DNA of 64,000 nucleotides from Felis catus (taxonomy: Eukaryota), in contig NC_058383.1 of assembly GCF_018350175.1 (NCBI RefSeq), positions 5,520,001-5,584,000 on the forward strand. The letters are read 5' to 3'. Below, piece by piece: positions 47,578-60,952 of the stretch; within the stretch, counting starts at the first letter, position 1; each line of letters starts with the position of its first letter. Position numbers and translations under genes: made by a program. The notes below the pieces were generated by a model. The model was not told the origin of the DNA and did not search any database. It worked only from the letters and a program-made list of their open reading frames with translations.

Positions 47578-47792
47578 TTTTTGTTTAAAAAATTTTTTTT
47601 AACGTTTATTTATTTTTGAGACAGAGAATGAATGGGGAGGGTCAGAGAGAGTGGGAGACACAGAATCCAAACCAGGCTCCAGGCTCTGAGCTGTCAGCAC
47701 AGACCCCGATGTGGGGCTCGAACTCATGGACCATGAGATCATGACCTGAGCCGAAGTCGGACGCTTAACCGACTGAGCCACCCGGGTGCCCC
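47578..47792 (-). mobile_element. CanSINE
   Basis: Reverse SINE. Confidence 0.9.
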
Positions 47793-48575
47793 TAAGTTTA
47801 TTTAAATTCATTCTCCCTCTGTCCCTCTCCCCCACTTGTGGTCTCTAAATACATACATACATACAGAAGGAAAGAGAGAAAGTAAGAGAAAGAAAGACAC
47901 ATTGCCTAAGTAAGAATACAATTCAATCATATTAGCAAGAATTTCACTGAGACCATAGATAGGAAGCTAGAAAGTTTCTGAGACCATAGACTCTATATCA
48001 GAGTCCTATAGGAAAACTTAAAGAAAAAGGTAGACGTGTTTTTCTAGGGTGTTTAGGGTTCTCTCCTGTCCGTAGATTTCTATCGTGCAGAAATTGTATT
48101 GGCTGAGTGCTGTGAATCCAGTATTGCCATTGACTACCTGTGCATTTCTACAGATTTCAGAGGGAAGGCCTATGGAAAGACACAATGTTCTTTCCCCTGG
48201 ATATTAGTGGTACGCTGAAGTGACCACTTATGGGGGAAGAAGCCCTGGGCAGCTGGCCTTGAGTTTCTACTTGTGGAACCAGATGCTGCCTGTTCCTGAG
48301 CTGCCTTCCTGGACTGCAGAAAGATCCTGATTCAGTGCTGTTACAGACATCTGAGCACTGTGGATTGCTCCACGACCAAACTGTGCCATCAACTTAGTTA
48401 AGATTGTAGTTCATAAAATATCATCCCTGCCATTTTTTCCCTGGGGATAGGAGCACTGTCGTCTGACAGAGTTCTGTAAACCTGACATTGCTTTGGCCGG
48501 GCTGTTACCATGTTAGATTAGCTCTTCTGTGGTAGTCTCCGTCCTAGTTAGTGTTTTTAAAATTGGAATGGAATT

Positions 48576-48800
48576 GGGGCACCTGGGTGGCTCAGTCGGT
48601 TGGGCGACCGACTTCGGCTCAGGTCACGATCTCGCGGTCCGTGAGTTCGAGCCCCGCGTCGGGCTCTGTGCTGACAGCTCAGAGCCTGGAGCCTGTTTCA
48701 GATTCTGTGTCTTCCTCTCTCTCTGACCTTCCCCCATTCATGCTCTGTCTCTCTCTGTCTCTAAAATGAATAAACGTTAAAAAAAAAAATTAAAAAAAAA
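48576..48800 (+). mobile_element. CanSINE
   Basis: TSD aaaattggaatggaat. Confidence 0.93.
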
Positions 48801-49785
48801 ATTGGAATGGAATGAATCTTTGATAACCATCTGATGGAATAGGCAAAGAGAAACAGCAATGTCACATAAAATGATCATGTTCACAGGTATTCAGTCAGCA
48901 CTTAAATTATGTAACCTTTCTGCAAGTACGAGAGAACGGTTGGGTTGGCTGACCTTGAAAATCATCTTCGAACAAAAAGAACACTTCACTGTCTGTGATT
49001 AGGACACAGCACGATATGTTTTTCTAGGCTGTTGATATTCTGGCTTCAGGGTCTTTGTGGAATTTCTGATTCATCAACTAGATCAATGCAGTCTTTACTG
49101 TTCTGTGTGATTGAGTGTATTTAGCGCTATGCTTTGTTTTCTCCTTTTAGTATTAGATTACATTAGGGAGGTTCTAGATTATTTAATGTTATTATAAATA
49201 GACGTAGTGTTATACTAGGAGGCAAGGAAAATATTTAGTGACTCAAGATTCTGTGCAAGGAAACCTTTATGATAGATGGGTTTGTCATTTTGAGGTGTTA
49301 AGCAGAAATACGTGATCTGCGGTGATCGTCTGAATTTTTCCCCCCAAGTGGTATGATGATGATTCGTTTTCCTAGGTCTCCAGGATGTGAAGCTACTTGT
49401 CAGAATACTGGAAAAGGTCCATTTATTGGTCCTACCCTTACAGAAAAAAGGGGGAAAAAAAAAAAGCCAAAACTATATGTTTAGAAGTGGACTTTGTGTC
49501 AGGACCAGTTTGGAAGATGGCTGGTCCTTAGCTTCCCTGAGTTGTACTGAGCTCCCTGTGTCTAGTCAGCCCAGTGGCCAGCGGTTTTCATTGTTAAGTA
49601 GCCGCTAAAATCTCTCCTGTGAATTTCCAGAGGCCAGAGGGTAGAGAAAAGAGAAAACAGCACAGTGACATACACATGTGGCACTTGCTTCCCGGTCCTG
49701 GGACCCAGGGAGGAAGGCAGCATGTGCTGCCCAAGATGGGTCCCCTGCCAGTGGGGATGCTGTTCCTAAATTAGTAAACGTACAG

Positions 49786-50180
49786 TGTTATGGGCCACGT
49801 TGAGCCCTGGTTCAAACCCAGCCCACCTCCAGTCCCTCGGAAGGTGATGGTGTTTGGAGGTAAAGTCTTTAAAGAAGTGAATAGGTTAAAACGAGGCCAT
49901 TAGCTCCTTAGTTGCTAATCCAGGACAACTGGTGTCCTCATAAGAGGAGGAAATTTGAACACAGGCAGAGGTACCAAGGGTGCACAAACAGACCACGTGA
50001 AGGCACAGAGAAGGCAGCTGTCATCTGCAGGCCAAGGAGAAGGGCCTCAAAAGAGACCAACCCTGCCACATCTTGATCTTCGACTTGCAGCCTCCAGAAC
50101 CGTGAGACCGTGGATTTCTGTTGTTTAAATCGCCGGGGGTGCGGTGGCTTGTAATGGTGGCCTGGGCACATGAATACACA
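49786..50180 (+). mobile_element. MaLR LTR (MLT1A/B-like)
   Basis: tgttatggg...ggtgtcctcataagaggaggaaattt...cagcctccagaaccgtgaga...tgaataca. Confidence 0.82.
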
Positions 50181-50198
50181 GTGTTGAGACTAAAGCAA

Positions 50199-50439
50199 AT
50201 TTTTTAAAAATATTTTTATTTATTTTTGAAGGGGAGAGAGAGAGAGAGAGAGAGAGAGCGCGCGCGCGAGAGCATGAGCGGGGGAGGGGCAGAGAGAGAG
50301 GGAGACACAGAATCCAAAGCAGGCTCCAGGCTCAGAGCTGTCAGCACAGAGCCCGACGTGGGGCTCGAACTCACGGACTGTGAGATTGTGACCTGAGCCA
50401 AAGTCTGACGCTCAACTGACTGACCCACCCAGGCGCCCC
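50199..50439 (-). mobile_element. CanSINE with (AG)n(CG)n
   Basis: TSD aaagcaaattt. Confidence 0.92.
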
Positions 50440-51804
50440 AAAAGCAAATTTAGTGTCCTATCTTAGAAGGCATCTGTCAGGATTCCTTTTTTTTTTTTTT
50501 TTTTTCCTTTTCCTCCTTCTCTCACCAGTTTGGGAGTGGAGCCCTGCTCATGCACTGGGCTCCCCCCCCCCACCCCCCCCACCGCCAGGCCAGCACCTCC
50601 CGGGGGCTCCTGTGGAGGGAGGAGAGGGCACCTTTCAATTCCTGTCTTGCTGGCAGAGTGACTCTGCTCGGACAGCTTCCAGCAAAATGAACTGTGTGGA
50701 GGGCACAGGTGTGAATAAATACTCGTTATCACAGGAGAATGTAAGTAGGGGGAAATCCACTTTTTGAGAAAACTTACTCCTTAAAGAAAATAGTTATATA
50801 CTCCTAAACATGAGTTGCAAAACGGGTAAATAAAGCATGTGGGAGTTCTCTTTGACCTGGGCAGTAAGTGGTAAACTATTAATAGTGGGAAGGGTCAGAA
50901 CCACCCCAACACGGTGTCGGTGTCAGTTGGAGTGTGACTAGTAATGGGAGGAAAATCTTTGCCAGATAAGAGCATAAAATTATCGAAGGAATGCTGCTTT
51001 TATAATCTTCCTTGTTTGACCCTGAAAGCATGTTTCTTCTGGTAACCAGTAGATGAATTGTGGATTTCTCTCTCCGTCTTCCCTCCTTTTCTCCGGCCCC
51101 TCAGTTGCCATCTTGCTGACTCCACCCCCTCCCCCTTCTGACTGAGTGCCAGGCTCTCTGTCCTGGGCCCTGGAGTCCTTGCTGGAGTGTCCAGTCCTGG
51201 TCACTGACCCCGTTTAGCTTGCAGTCTCGCGGGGAGGACGTTTGGGCATTTAAAATACACAGTGTGATAAACCCTGCGGTGGACCGAACAGCGTGCTGGG
51301 GGGTCCAGAGGCGGGCACTCTAACCCGTGGGGCCTTGGGGCGGTTTCCAAGTTGAGATCTGAGTGGTGATGATGAACCAGTGGAGGGAGGCTGTCCGTGC
51401 TGTCAGTGCGGGAGCTTCCTGGTCCGGGAGAATGTGAATTTGCAGACTCCAAAGGGGCAGAGGGCCTGCCTGGAAGGACTGGGAGAGGCTCATGGCAGAT
51501 GAAACAAGGTGCAGGGAGGGAGTTAGAGGTGATGAGAGCCCAGTGTGGAGGGCAGGTGGTCGCCGACCATGAGTGATATTGGGGTCTGTTAAGGAGTTTG
51601 GACGGCAGGCTAAAGAAAACTGGGAAAACCCAGTACAAAATTCAAGAATGTAAAGGGATATAAGGGCGCCTCCTCGTCCCCCAGCCACCCGGTTTCCTTC
51701 CCTGTTGGTGACCACTGTTCCCCAGGGGTAGCATTGTGTACACACTGTTCTGAGCTGTTGGTTTTTGTTTTTTTCTTGTTTTCATTCAAACGTGCATCAT
51801 AGAA

Positions 51805-52207
51805 TTGGTTTTGAATTGTATTCCCCCCTCCCCACCCCGACTCAAATTCATATGTTGACATCCTAACCCCCGTTACCTCAGTGTGACCCTGTTTGGGGAT
51901 CGGGCTTTTACAGAGGTAATCGAGTTAAAATTAGGTTATTAGGCCCTAATCCCACATGACCGCGTCTTTATAAAGAGGGAAATTTGGACACGGGGACGGA
52001 TCCAGAGGGAAGACCATGGGAGGAGATGCAGGGGGAAGACGGCCGTCTCCCAGAAGGCAGGAGAGTGGCCGGAGCGCATCCTTCCACACAGCCCACAGGA
52101 GGGACCAGACCTGCTGGCACCTTGATGTTGCACTTGTAGCCTCCAGGATTGGTTAAGCCCCCTAGTTTGTGATACTTTGTTATAGCAGCTCTAGCAAGCT
52201 GATACAC
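51805..52207 (+). mobile_element. MaLR LTR (MLT1A/B-like)
   Basis: aaattcatatgttgacatcctaacccc...tttgttatagcagctctagcaagctgataca. Confidence 0.82.
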
Positions 52208-54039
52208 AGGAGTACAGATTGCGCGCTGTTGTATCTAGTTCGCCCCTCTGCTTAAACTTCATATTTTAGTGGATGTGAAGAAATTGCTTCATAAATGGAA
52301 GACTTCAGACATACAGATCTGTGCAAGACTAGACAGACGTTGCCATACTGACTTCCCCAGGGCTTTCACTCAGGCTCCTGGCTGTCTTTTCCATGCCACC
52401 CCCATCGCTTTCATTCCCCTCGTGCTGTTCCTGTTTGGAAGCAAGTTCCGGACATCTTTAACTAGGTCACTATCTGTAAAAGGTAAGGACTCCTTTTAAA
52501 AACATAATCACATTATTATTATCACTCCTAGGAGAAATGAGTCATACTTCCTTAATATGGTCAATTACCAGTGTTCACATTTCCAGTTGTCTCAAGTGTC
52601 ATGATTTTTTTGAGTGTGAATCATGATTCAGATGTCACCCATACAGTGCGGTTGGTTGCTACGTCTTTTCAAATCTCTTTCGGTCTCTTCGCCGTCTCTC
52701 TCAACACAGTTCTTCCTCTTTAGCGTTTCTTGTACCCTTGCTTCGCTGATTAAATTCTGGTGGTGGTATTGTGTGTATATTCCATGATTCTCTTTATTTC
52801 CTATAAATTGGTATTTAGGTCTAGAGGGTTGGTCGGATATAGGCTGGTATTTTCCCATCAGAAGGCACATAATATCTGGTTGTTGTCTCTCTTTGCATTT
52901 AGCTATTAGTGTAAAATGTCACATTCATGAAATATTCTTTTTTTTTTTCTTTAACAACTATTTAAAAATGTAAACACCATTCTTACATAGCCTCAGAGTG
53001 GGGAGTGGTGGCCAAAGGAACCAGTCCTGGGATTAGAGGGTTTGAATTTACCTCTGGATAAGCAAACTAGTAAATAACGAGGAAATTTTTCTCTGTAAAA
53101 GTGTGTCAGCTAGTGCCTGAAGAAGGCATAACAAAATTAAAATATCAGCATTTTCAGTCCCTAATGGATTTGCACGTATCATCACTTGTTTTTATCCGTG
53201 GACCTTAAACATTTTTTTATTTAATCCAAAAATGGATTCACAAGTAACTCTTCCGTTAATTACATGTGTGTTCAAGTTCTGATCGAGGTTCTGGGCAGGG
53301 ATTTATAATAGTTGAATTAATAATCATGTAATCCTCCTTATTTACCTCGTAGTCATTGCCGAGAAATTGCATTCTCCAAATTACCTGTCTATAAATAAAA
53401 CAGATAATGTGTACCCACTTCTTAGAGTTTCTCAGGTTTTCTGCTTTATTAAATCAAGGACCAGATATCTATTAAAATGGTCTAAAAACTGTACAAGGAT
53501 AACTCACAGAACGTGCTTTAGAGATGCCAATTATTTTTTTAATCAGTGTCTTGGGGAAGCATACTACTCCAAACCTCTAATTATCCTTGTTCTCGGTTTG
53601 TGATTGGGAAAGCAGCCTAAAAGTGGGGAGACACTCCTGTGGTTATCGATTTGCTGTATAGTAGGATATCGGTTTGCTTTATGCATTTCTGAACGCTGCA
53701 GGCCCGGACTATTGAAGGAAAGCCATCTTTCTTCGTAGTTTCCTAACACAGCAGTTGCAATCAGGAACCTTCCGGGGCTCAGTTTGTAGTTTGAACCGCT
53801 GGGGCTCGGGGATTTTAGTCGTAGTTCCCCACAACCAGAATTTACTTCCTCTCTGTGGTTTGTGCAAACCCACCTCACCTTCCAGCCTGTCACAGGTTGG
53901 TTTGATTTCTTCATTTTATGGAAGTGTTTCCTTCGTTGGTATGTAGAGGTTTTTTTTGTTTTGTTTTTTTTTTGTTGTTGTTTTGTTTTTTTTTTAGCAC
54001 AATTCTTTGGACTAATTAAAAATTCAGTAAATAAAGTAC

Positions 54040-54272
54040 TTTTTATTTATTTATTTATTTATTTTTCAACGTTTTTTATTTATTTTGGGGACAGAGAGAG
54101 ACAGAGCATGAATGGGGGAGGGGCAGAGAGAGAGGGAGACACAGAATCGGAAACAGGCTCCAGGCTCTGAGCCATCAGCCCAGAGCCCGACGCGGGGCTC
54201 GAACTCACGGACCGCGAGATCGTGACCTGGCTGAAGTCGGACGCTTAACCGACTGCGCCACCCAGGCGCCCC
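54040..54272 (-). mobile_element. Young cat-type CanSINE
   Basis: CpG-intact body; perfect TSD aataaagtactttt (54030-54043, 54273-54286). Confidence 0.95.
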
Positions 54273-56094
54273 AATAAAGTACTTTTTAAAAGTGGTACAG
54301 CTGCAAACATTTCCTCTTGAGCAGTAATTTGTAGAGGCCTTTCCGTGGCTCTGGTGGACACTGCGGTTGAATAGACCTCACGTAAATGGGAGAAATCTGA
54401 GTACTGGGGAGCAGACACCCCTGCAGTGTCTTAGCAGAAATAAGTACGTTATCGTTATCGAGGTAGGGCAAAACTCGTAACTAGCTATTTTTAGCAGGAG
54501 TCTGGCTTTTCATGCCTACCTGGTGACTCACAGAAGACAGTTTTGTGAATCAGATAATTGAGCTGGCCTTCAGGCAGTTCTGATCAAATTGTACAATAAA
54601 TAGACGGTTTGTGATCGTAAAAAATTGTGGGTGAAAAAAGAGGAAAAAACTAATATCCACTTGGGGAGTTTGGAGGAGAGTCCCAGAAGTATGAACTTTT
54701 AATCAGCAACGATGGACTTTGGTTCACAGTGCTTAGGTTAGGCTGTTTTCAAGAATTAAAAGTCAGCCTCCTTGAGGCAAAACAATGTGGTAGCCAGGCA
54801 AGCAAGGGGGACTTATTCTCAGCACCCCTGAGCCGAGTGTGGCCCTGCCGCTTTCCCACTGAGGGTTTGGCCTTGTCATTGTCCTCGTGTACGATGTGGA
54901 ACTGATGGAATTCCCTCAGAGATGTTGTGACGATTGAGTGGAATTGTGTTATATGTCATCAAATCTCAGATAACGTTGGGTTATGACACACCCTTATTTT
55001 TATGCCATTAAGAAGCAAGAAATGCCAGTGTAAACCAGCTTGCTTTCCTGTGCAAGATGCCCCATGTTAAGATGTGGTTGGACAAAAACTGCATCTTAAA
55101 AAAAAAAAATCAATAAGATGCAGTGTATATGAAAGTGCTTTGCTGTATAAGCCTCAGGAGTCATATTTAATCGCTACTATATGAGTCAGGGGAGTGCAAC
55201 AAGGTTGTAAGAATAAATACCAGTGGGAAGCCGAGGCCCGGCGGGATGAGAGAGCAGGTAGCTGCCAGGAGAGAGAGGAAGTCGCCTCCTTCCAGGTCGC
55301 CGTTCACAGAGAGCCGGCTCTCGGGGTCCGCCCCGCCCTTAGCTGTCCACACGCGCACAGGTGTCTGCTTAGGGAGTTCTTGCCCTCCGTGACACTGGAC
55401 TTCGAGAGGAATCTCCAATTTACTTTCCGTGTCTGAAGTGTGGATTTTCCTCTTTTAGATTTTTATTGGTTTAGAACTTGCAGATCCTTAGCAACCTTTG
55501 GTTAACTGTTATTTTTAAGTGCAGACTTGAGCAAGGCTTCAGCCAGCCTGAGCCCCACGTGGAACAATGTGGGTTTCAGCCTTGTCCCTTCACAGAGGGA
55601 CCTCTTGTCATGGGCAAGGCATTGGGTGCTGTTTGCAGTTGATTTCAGACTCCTCTGCTCTTCGCCGAGGTCATTTTTGTATTCAAGAACGTGTTTTGCT
55701 CACATAGGAGTTTGGGTTAGTTTTTGTTTTCTTCAGGTGCTCCAGGTTCACTTCAGGAAAATGGTGACATTGTTCCTTAACTTGTGTCCCTGCTTTCCCC
55801 TCGGTGCACTGGGACATTGAACTTACGTGTTGTATGTCAGTTATAGCTCCAAAAAGTGGGCGGAGCGGGGGTAGTTTATTTCTTATTCAAACACCACTGG
55901 GCAAAAGAAGAGCTTCAGAATAGCTCTGGTTGAATAGGATGTTTTCCAGATAATTCTTGGCTGAAAGTAAAGTTGCATTTTGTTTTGTTTTGAAAAACAC
56001 TCCTTTAAAGATGTAAAAGTCATTCTACGCTGGATTCCCCCCCCCCCCCCCATGCAAAAAACAGGCCCCAGGCTGTAGTTTGCAGACCTCTGCT

Positions 56095-57290
56095 CTAGTA
56101 GAAAGCTCTTATTATGACCAAGGCTCCTTGGAGAAGTGGCTGATTCTAAAGCTGGAGAGTAGGGAAAATAGAAGAAAAGCCTGGAGCTTTCCATGAGGAG
56201 GTGTTGGAGAAAAGATGGGGCATGTCCAGAAGACCCAGTAGTCAACTTGAAAAAGCTGCCAGGGGCCAAAGCTGCGATGTTTCAAGCTATAAAATAATGT
56301 TAATGATGGATTATAACCCGAAGAATAGAAAACAAATATCTGTGAGTCCGTAACTAAATAAAGGACCAGACAAATAATTAAGGGAGAAGAGACAGATCTT
56401 CCTTATGGAAGAATCCCACGTAGTAAATGTAGAAGAAATGAGGGCCATAGACGATCACCCATTAGAACATTGTAGTGGTGATTGCTGCAGGTTAAGACGC
56501 AATGGCAAATGTGAAAATGAGTGTGTAAAACTTCAGGGAGACACGGGATATTTGCACAGCCTCAAAGTGTCTCCCAAATATTAATTACCTTAGTAGTGGT
56601 GACATATGTCTGTAGATTCTATAGTGTTCCTCCCTTCAAGGAGCACAGCTTAAATCCTCTTCTCTGTGAGTGTGCCGTGGGCTTTGTGGTCCACTTTTAA
56701 GGAATATGTAAAGGGGGAAAGTGGTAACTTCTCAGTGGTGACACCTGGCAGAAGCCACCTGGGCCAAGTGGCTTGATGAGGGTTCATGTCACTGGGAGTA
56801 AGTTGTGCCGGTGCTGTGTGCTCGTGACGTGATGTGACGAGAAGGGCGGTTTGCCCTGTGATATTCTAGATTCTTCCCACGTATCCGTGACCTCAGTCTA
56901 GTCAGTCAGGCAGAAGGGATCAGGCCACCCGGACTGAGGAACATTGTACAAAATGCTGACCGACGCTCTTCCCTGGTGTCCAGGCTATGACACCCGGGGG
57001 AAGACTGAGGAACCACGGAGGGGGTGAGATGAGTAAGCACAGCCCTGGGAGCCTGGGCTGGAGCCTAGAAAAAAAGAGGAAACGGCAGAAGCTGTGAAAC
57101 CCGCCGTGAAACCCGGATGAAGCTGAAAGTTCAGTTAGTAGTATGGCCCCAGGTTACCGGCTTCGCTTTGGTGACTGCTGTGGGGCACAAGGTGTTGATG
57201 TCCGAGGAAGCTGGGTGAAGGGTGTGTGGTGGGGCTCAGAGGGTCTCTGCAGCTCTTCCGTAAATCTAAGGTTATTTCCATATTCAGTTT
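56095..57290 (+). mobile_element. L1MC/MD-like 3' region
   Basis: atgatggattataacccg...aggaagctgggtgaaggg...cttccgtaaatctaag. Confidence 0.65.
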
Positions 57291-57407
57291 TTTTTTTTTT
57301 TTTTTTAAACCCTGACTCCTTATCCTGGATTGATCATCCGCCTTATCTTGAGCATCTAGGCATTATTTTATTAACTCTTGGTCCCATTTATATTGGGTGG
57401 AAAATAT

Positions 57408-57473
57408 GTAAAGTAAAGTTGATTTGCAAAGTAAAGTTGCCAAGTAAAGTAAAGTTTGCAAAGTAAAGTTGAT
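57408..57473. repeat. Imperfect tandem repeat of AAAGTAAAGTT units
   Basis: Four units seen directly, ending about 45 nt before the exon 2 acceptor. Confidence 0.85.
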
Positions 57474-57517
57474 CTTGGAATGTCCGTCTTGTTAATATTA
57501 GTTATTTCTCTTTCCAG

Positions 57518-57642
57518 GGGAGGCACCTGCTGCAGAAGTTTCCTCCTCTTTTGTGATCCTGTCTGTGTGCAGTTTAATGATATTAATAGTGTTAATTGCA
57601 AACTGTGTATCCTGCTGTAAGGACCCGGAAATAGACTTCAAG
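57518..57642 (+). CDS. LMTK2: LMTK2 exon 2 ([42 protein letters not shown]), transmembrane segment and juxtamembrane Cys cluster
   Basis: Acceptor tttctctttccag|G, donor AAG|GTGAGC, 125 nt, phase 1 to phase 0. Translation matches recalled LMTK2. Not in the ORF track. Confidence 0.97.
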
Positions 57643-57711
57643 GTGAGCACAGATGGTGGGGACATTTAAAAATCATCCTCTGATACCTCGATCATTGGAG
57701 TCCCTTGGGAG

Positions 57712-57956
57712 CAGGGCTGGCCAATTTTTTCTGTAAGGGCTGTATAGTAAATATATCCTGCCATTGTAAATAGTAAATACTGTGGACCATACGGCCTCTG
57801 TCAAGGCTCCTCCGCTCTCAGCTCTGCCATTGTAGCGCTACATTGATACAGATATGAAAGGTGAAACCAAACGGTTGTGGCTGTGTGCCAGTAAAACTTC
57901 ATTTACAAAAATAAGTGGTTTGGATTTGGTCCAGCAGCTGTAGTTTGCTGACCCTG
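57712..57956 (+). mobile_element. MER58A (hAT-Charlie)
   Basis: cagggctggccaatttttt...ggctgtgtgccagtaaaacttcatttacaaaa...tgtagtttgctgaccctg. Confidence 0.8.
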
Positions 57957-60650
57957 CTTTAGAGCATCATTGACAATAACCACTTGCCTGTTTAATTTTT
58001 GCTAGGTGAGGAATAAAGTATGATTGAATTCACTAGCTATAAAGCCTATAAGGAAGAGCAGGCTGATTTTTTTTTTCCCCCTGAACTTTAGCATGCTGGT
58101 GAGTTTGTGGTGGTTAAGATTATTGAGGCCAAAGGACGCCCCAGTGTGTTTTGTGTATGAGAAACCGCATCTTTCATTTTACCTGAACCCTCGAGTTCTT
58201 TGAGGGGAAGAAAGAAGAATCCTACCTATTAGAAATTCTGGTGGGGGGTGTGTGTGTGTGGCGGGGGGTGGGGAGACACTATAGAAGGGCTGGTGTTGTA
58301 GCTGCAGATGGGTGGAATCTGCCAGAAACCAGCTGGGATATCCTGCTCTGGAACTTACCACGTGCCTGCTGGTGTCCATTAGGGCCCGGGGAATACTTGA
58401 TAAAGAGGAGGACTTGAGAAACAAAAGGAATGCATGAGAGAAAATGATCTTTCTGTGGAGCCCTGCTGGTTGTCCTGGAACTGTCCCCAGGGGCCCTGAG
58501 GGCCACTGGTTCAAATTGGGGGCGGAGGGGGGGGGCTGTCTTCTAGCTAAAACCTTCCTGCTAGTGGACACATCAGCCTTATTTCTAGAGCCTCACCCCT
58601 GTTTCTGTGTTTTCTTTACCTTGAGTCTGGTGGCAGCCCCGAGAGAGGAGGAGACGTGTTATCCTTTTGGCTTGATGCTAACATTAGACACCGGGAAGGC
58701 TGCAGGAAAAGACTAGCACGGGCCATTTTTCTTAGAAGATTCTACCCCAAACGTGTGGGCTTAAGTAGTCCACAGCTTTAGCCCCCAGGTCCTGGAATCA
58801 CTCTAGACACCTCCGTGGGAACTTGCCGACTACCACATGGTTGGGGGAGGGGGTGCACAGTGGTGGGCAGAGAACCTGTCCCTTGACCATCATTCTTGCC
58901 GAGGGACTGTGTACAGACGCCTTGTCTTTTGGGGACAAAGATAAAGTCTGATCAGTGTTGCTGAAACTAAAATCCAGTCACTCTCATGTGTCACAATGCC
59001 TCATTCTTGCCTTAGATTTTTCTGACCCAACTGGGTCTCGGTATTGACCCAGGGAGTTCATTATGATGTAGATTCTGCAAAGCAGTGTCTTTATCCGCTT
59101 CCCCAGGTGGTTCTGGTACAGGCGGCCCTGGACCACAGTGTGTACAGGATCCTCTCCAGCTGTGTAAGCCACGACTGAAGACAAGTGTCCACGCCTTTAG
59201 ATTTAGAACTGCAGCGTTAGAGACCTTCGACCCTTGGAAGTCACGCTACAGACCAGGAGGCTACTGCCTGATAAAGGAAGCGACTTCCTGAGTGCATCTG
59301 GGCAGCTGCTGGCATAACTAGAAAAGCGACCCAGTCTTCTCACCAGCCCCATTTTTGTTATTATGCTGTTTTACCTCTCTGCGTCTCTAGAATCATCGGC
59401 TGCCTAATGGTCTATCATGCTGCTGCCAGACTTTTGAGTGGCATTGTTTTTAAGTAGAGGCGATGGATAAAAAGTCTTTTTTAATGAGAGAAGCTTTAGG
59501 AATGTCCAGAGGGGAAATTGAGCAAAGCTCTTCCATTGAGAGGTGCCTCAGAGATTGAAGTGTCAGCACCTCGCTGGTCCTACACCCTCCCGTTAAAAAC
59601 AGCAGTAACGTCCTAATGCATTTGACAGCATAGGTGACATATGTGAGAATAGTGTCCTCCCACACGCGTGTGAGATCATACATGTCCCATCAGACAGATC
59701 GACCCTTATAACTTCCCGGGGCTTAGTGGGGGTAGCAAGGGGAGGTGGCAGAAAAAGAAAAGGAAAAGAAGGATATTCTCTAGAGGAAAGGACAACGGTC
59801 TTGTTCGCAGATTATTCTCAGCTTCTGTTACGGTGCTTGGTGGGGTGATATTCATTAATTATCTGAGTGAGTGAATGACCTTGATTGTCATCTGTATGAA
59901 CGTGGAATTAACATGGACACCAGGGTGGACTGAGCTCACTGGAACGATAACAGCAAGAGTCAGGACAGCTCTCTGCTGACTGAGTCACTGAGAAGATTTT
60001 CACACCTGCATGGGCGCAGCCTCGGTTTTAAAGTTGCCATCTTCAGAAAACCAGACGTTCTTAGTGTGTCGAAGGTACTTATGTGCTACACAGTGTCATA
60101 CTGACCGTCGTTCACGTCCTGATGGTTTTTCTACACAGCTTAGTAACTTTCCCATCGTTACTCTTTGCAGAGAAACAGGACTTCCTCGAAAATACCGTTT
60201 TTGGGTCTTTAACTGTCCCTATTTTGATTGAAATCATAGCAGAATACAATTCTAATGCAATTAGAAATGAGCATGTAGTTTTATAATAAAACGAATCTGT
60301 TTTGATTCCGTGTGCAAAGGGATCTGTGAAAATGAATAATAAAGAAAAAAGAACAGCCTAAGCTCTGGTAACTTGAAAGCAAAATTTCAGACCAGAAGAG
60401 TGTTTCCACTTGAAGTTCCGTGGTCATTTTAGACAATTTTGCATTTAGCTTCAAGCTTTCAGTTGAAAAAGTTTAATACAAAGTATGTATAACTTATTAA
60501 ACCTTACTTATTCTGCTGTTTGGTGTTGGAGAGCACGATTACATATGCTTTTTACTCAAGTAGGTGCAAATTGGGGGGAAAAAACCCAAGGCGGCATGTT
60601 TCAAATGAGTGAGTGAGTCAGTGTTCTCATGTCAGATGTTAGCATATGCA

Positions 60651-60878
60651 TTTTTTTTTTTTAATTTTTTTTTTCAACGTTTTATTTATTTTTGGGACAG
60701 AGAGAGACAGAGCATGAACGGGGGAGGGGCAGAGAGAGAGGGAGACACAGAATCGGAAACAGGCTCCAGGCTCCGAGCTGTCAGCACAGAACCCGACGCG
60801 GGGCTCGAACTCACGGACCGCGAGATCGTGACCTGGCTGAAGTCGGACGCTTCACCGACTGCGCCACCCAGGCGCCCC
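60651..60878 (-). mobile_element. Young cat-type CanSINE 74 nt upstream of exon 3
   Basis: Perfect TSD tagcatatgcatt (60640-60652, 60879-60891); CpG-intact. Confidence 0.95.
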
Positions 60879-60952
60879 TAGCATATGCATTCTTAATATT
60901 TGTTCTCACGTTGGTTTATATAAGATATAACATTGATCGTCTCTTATTTTAG

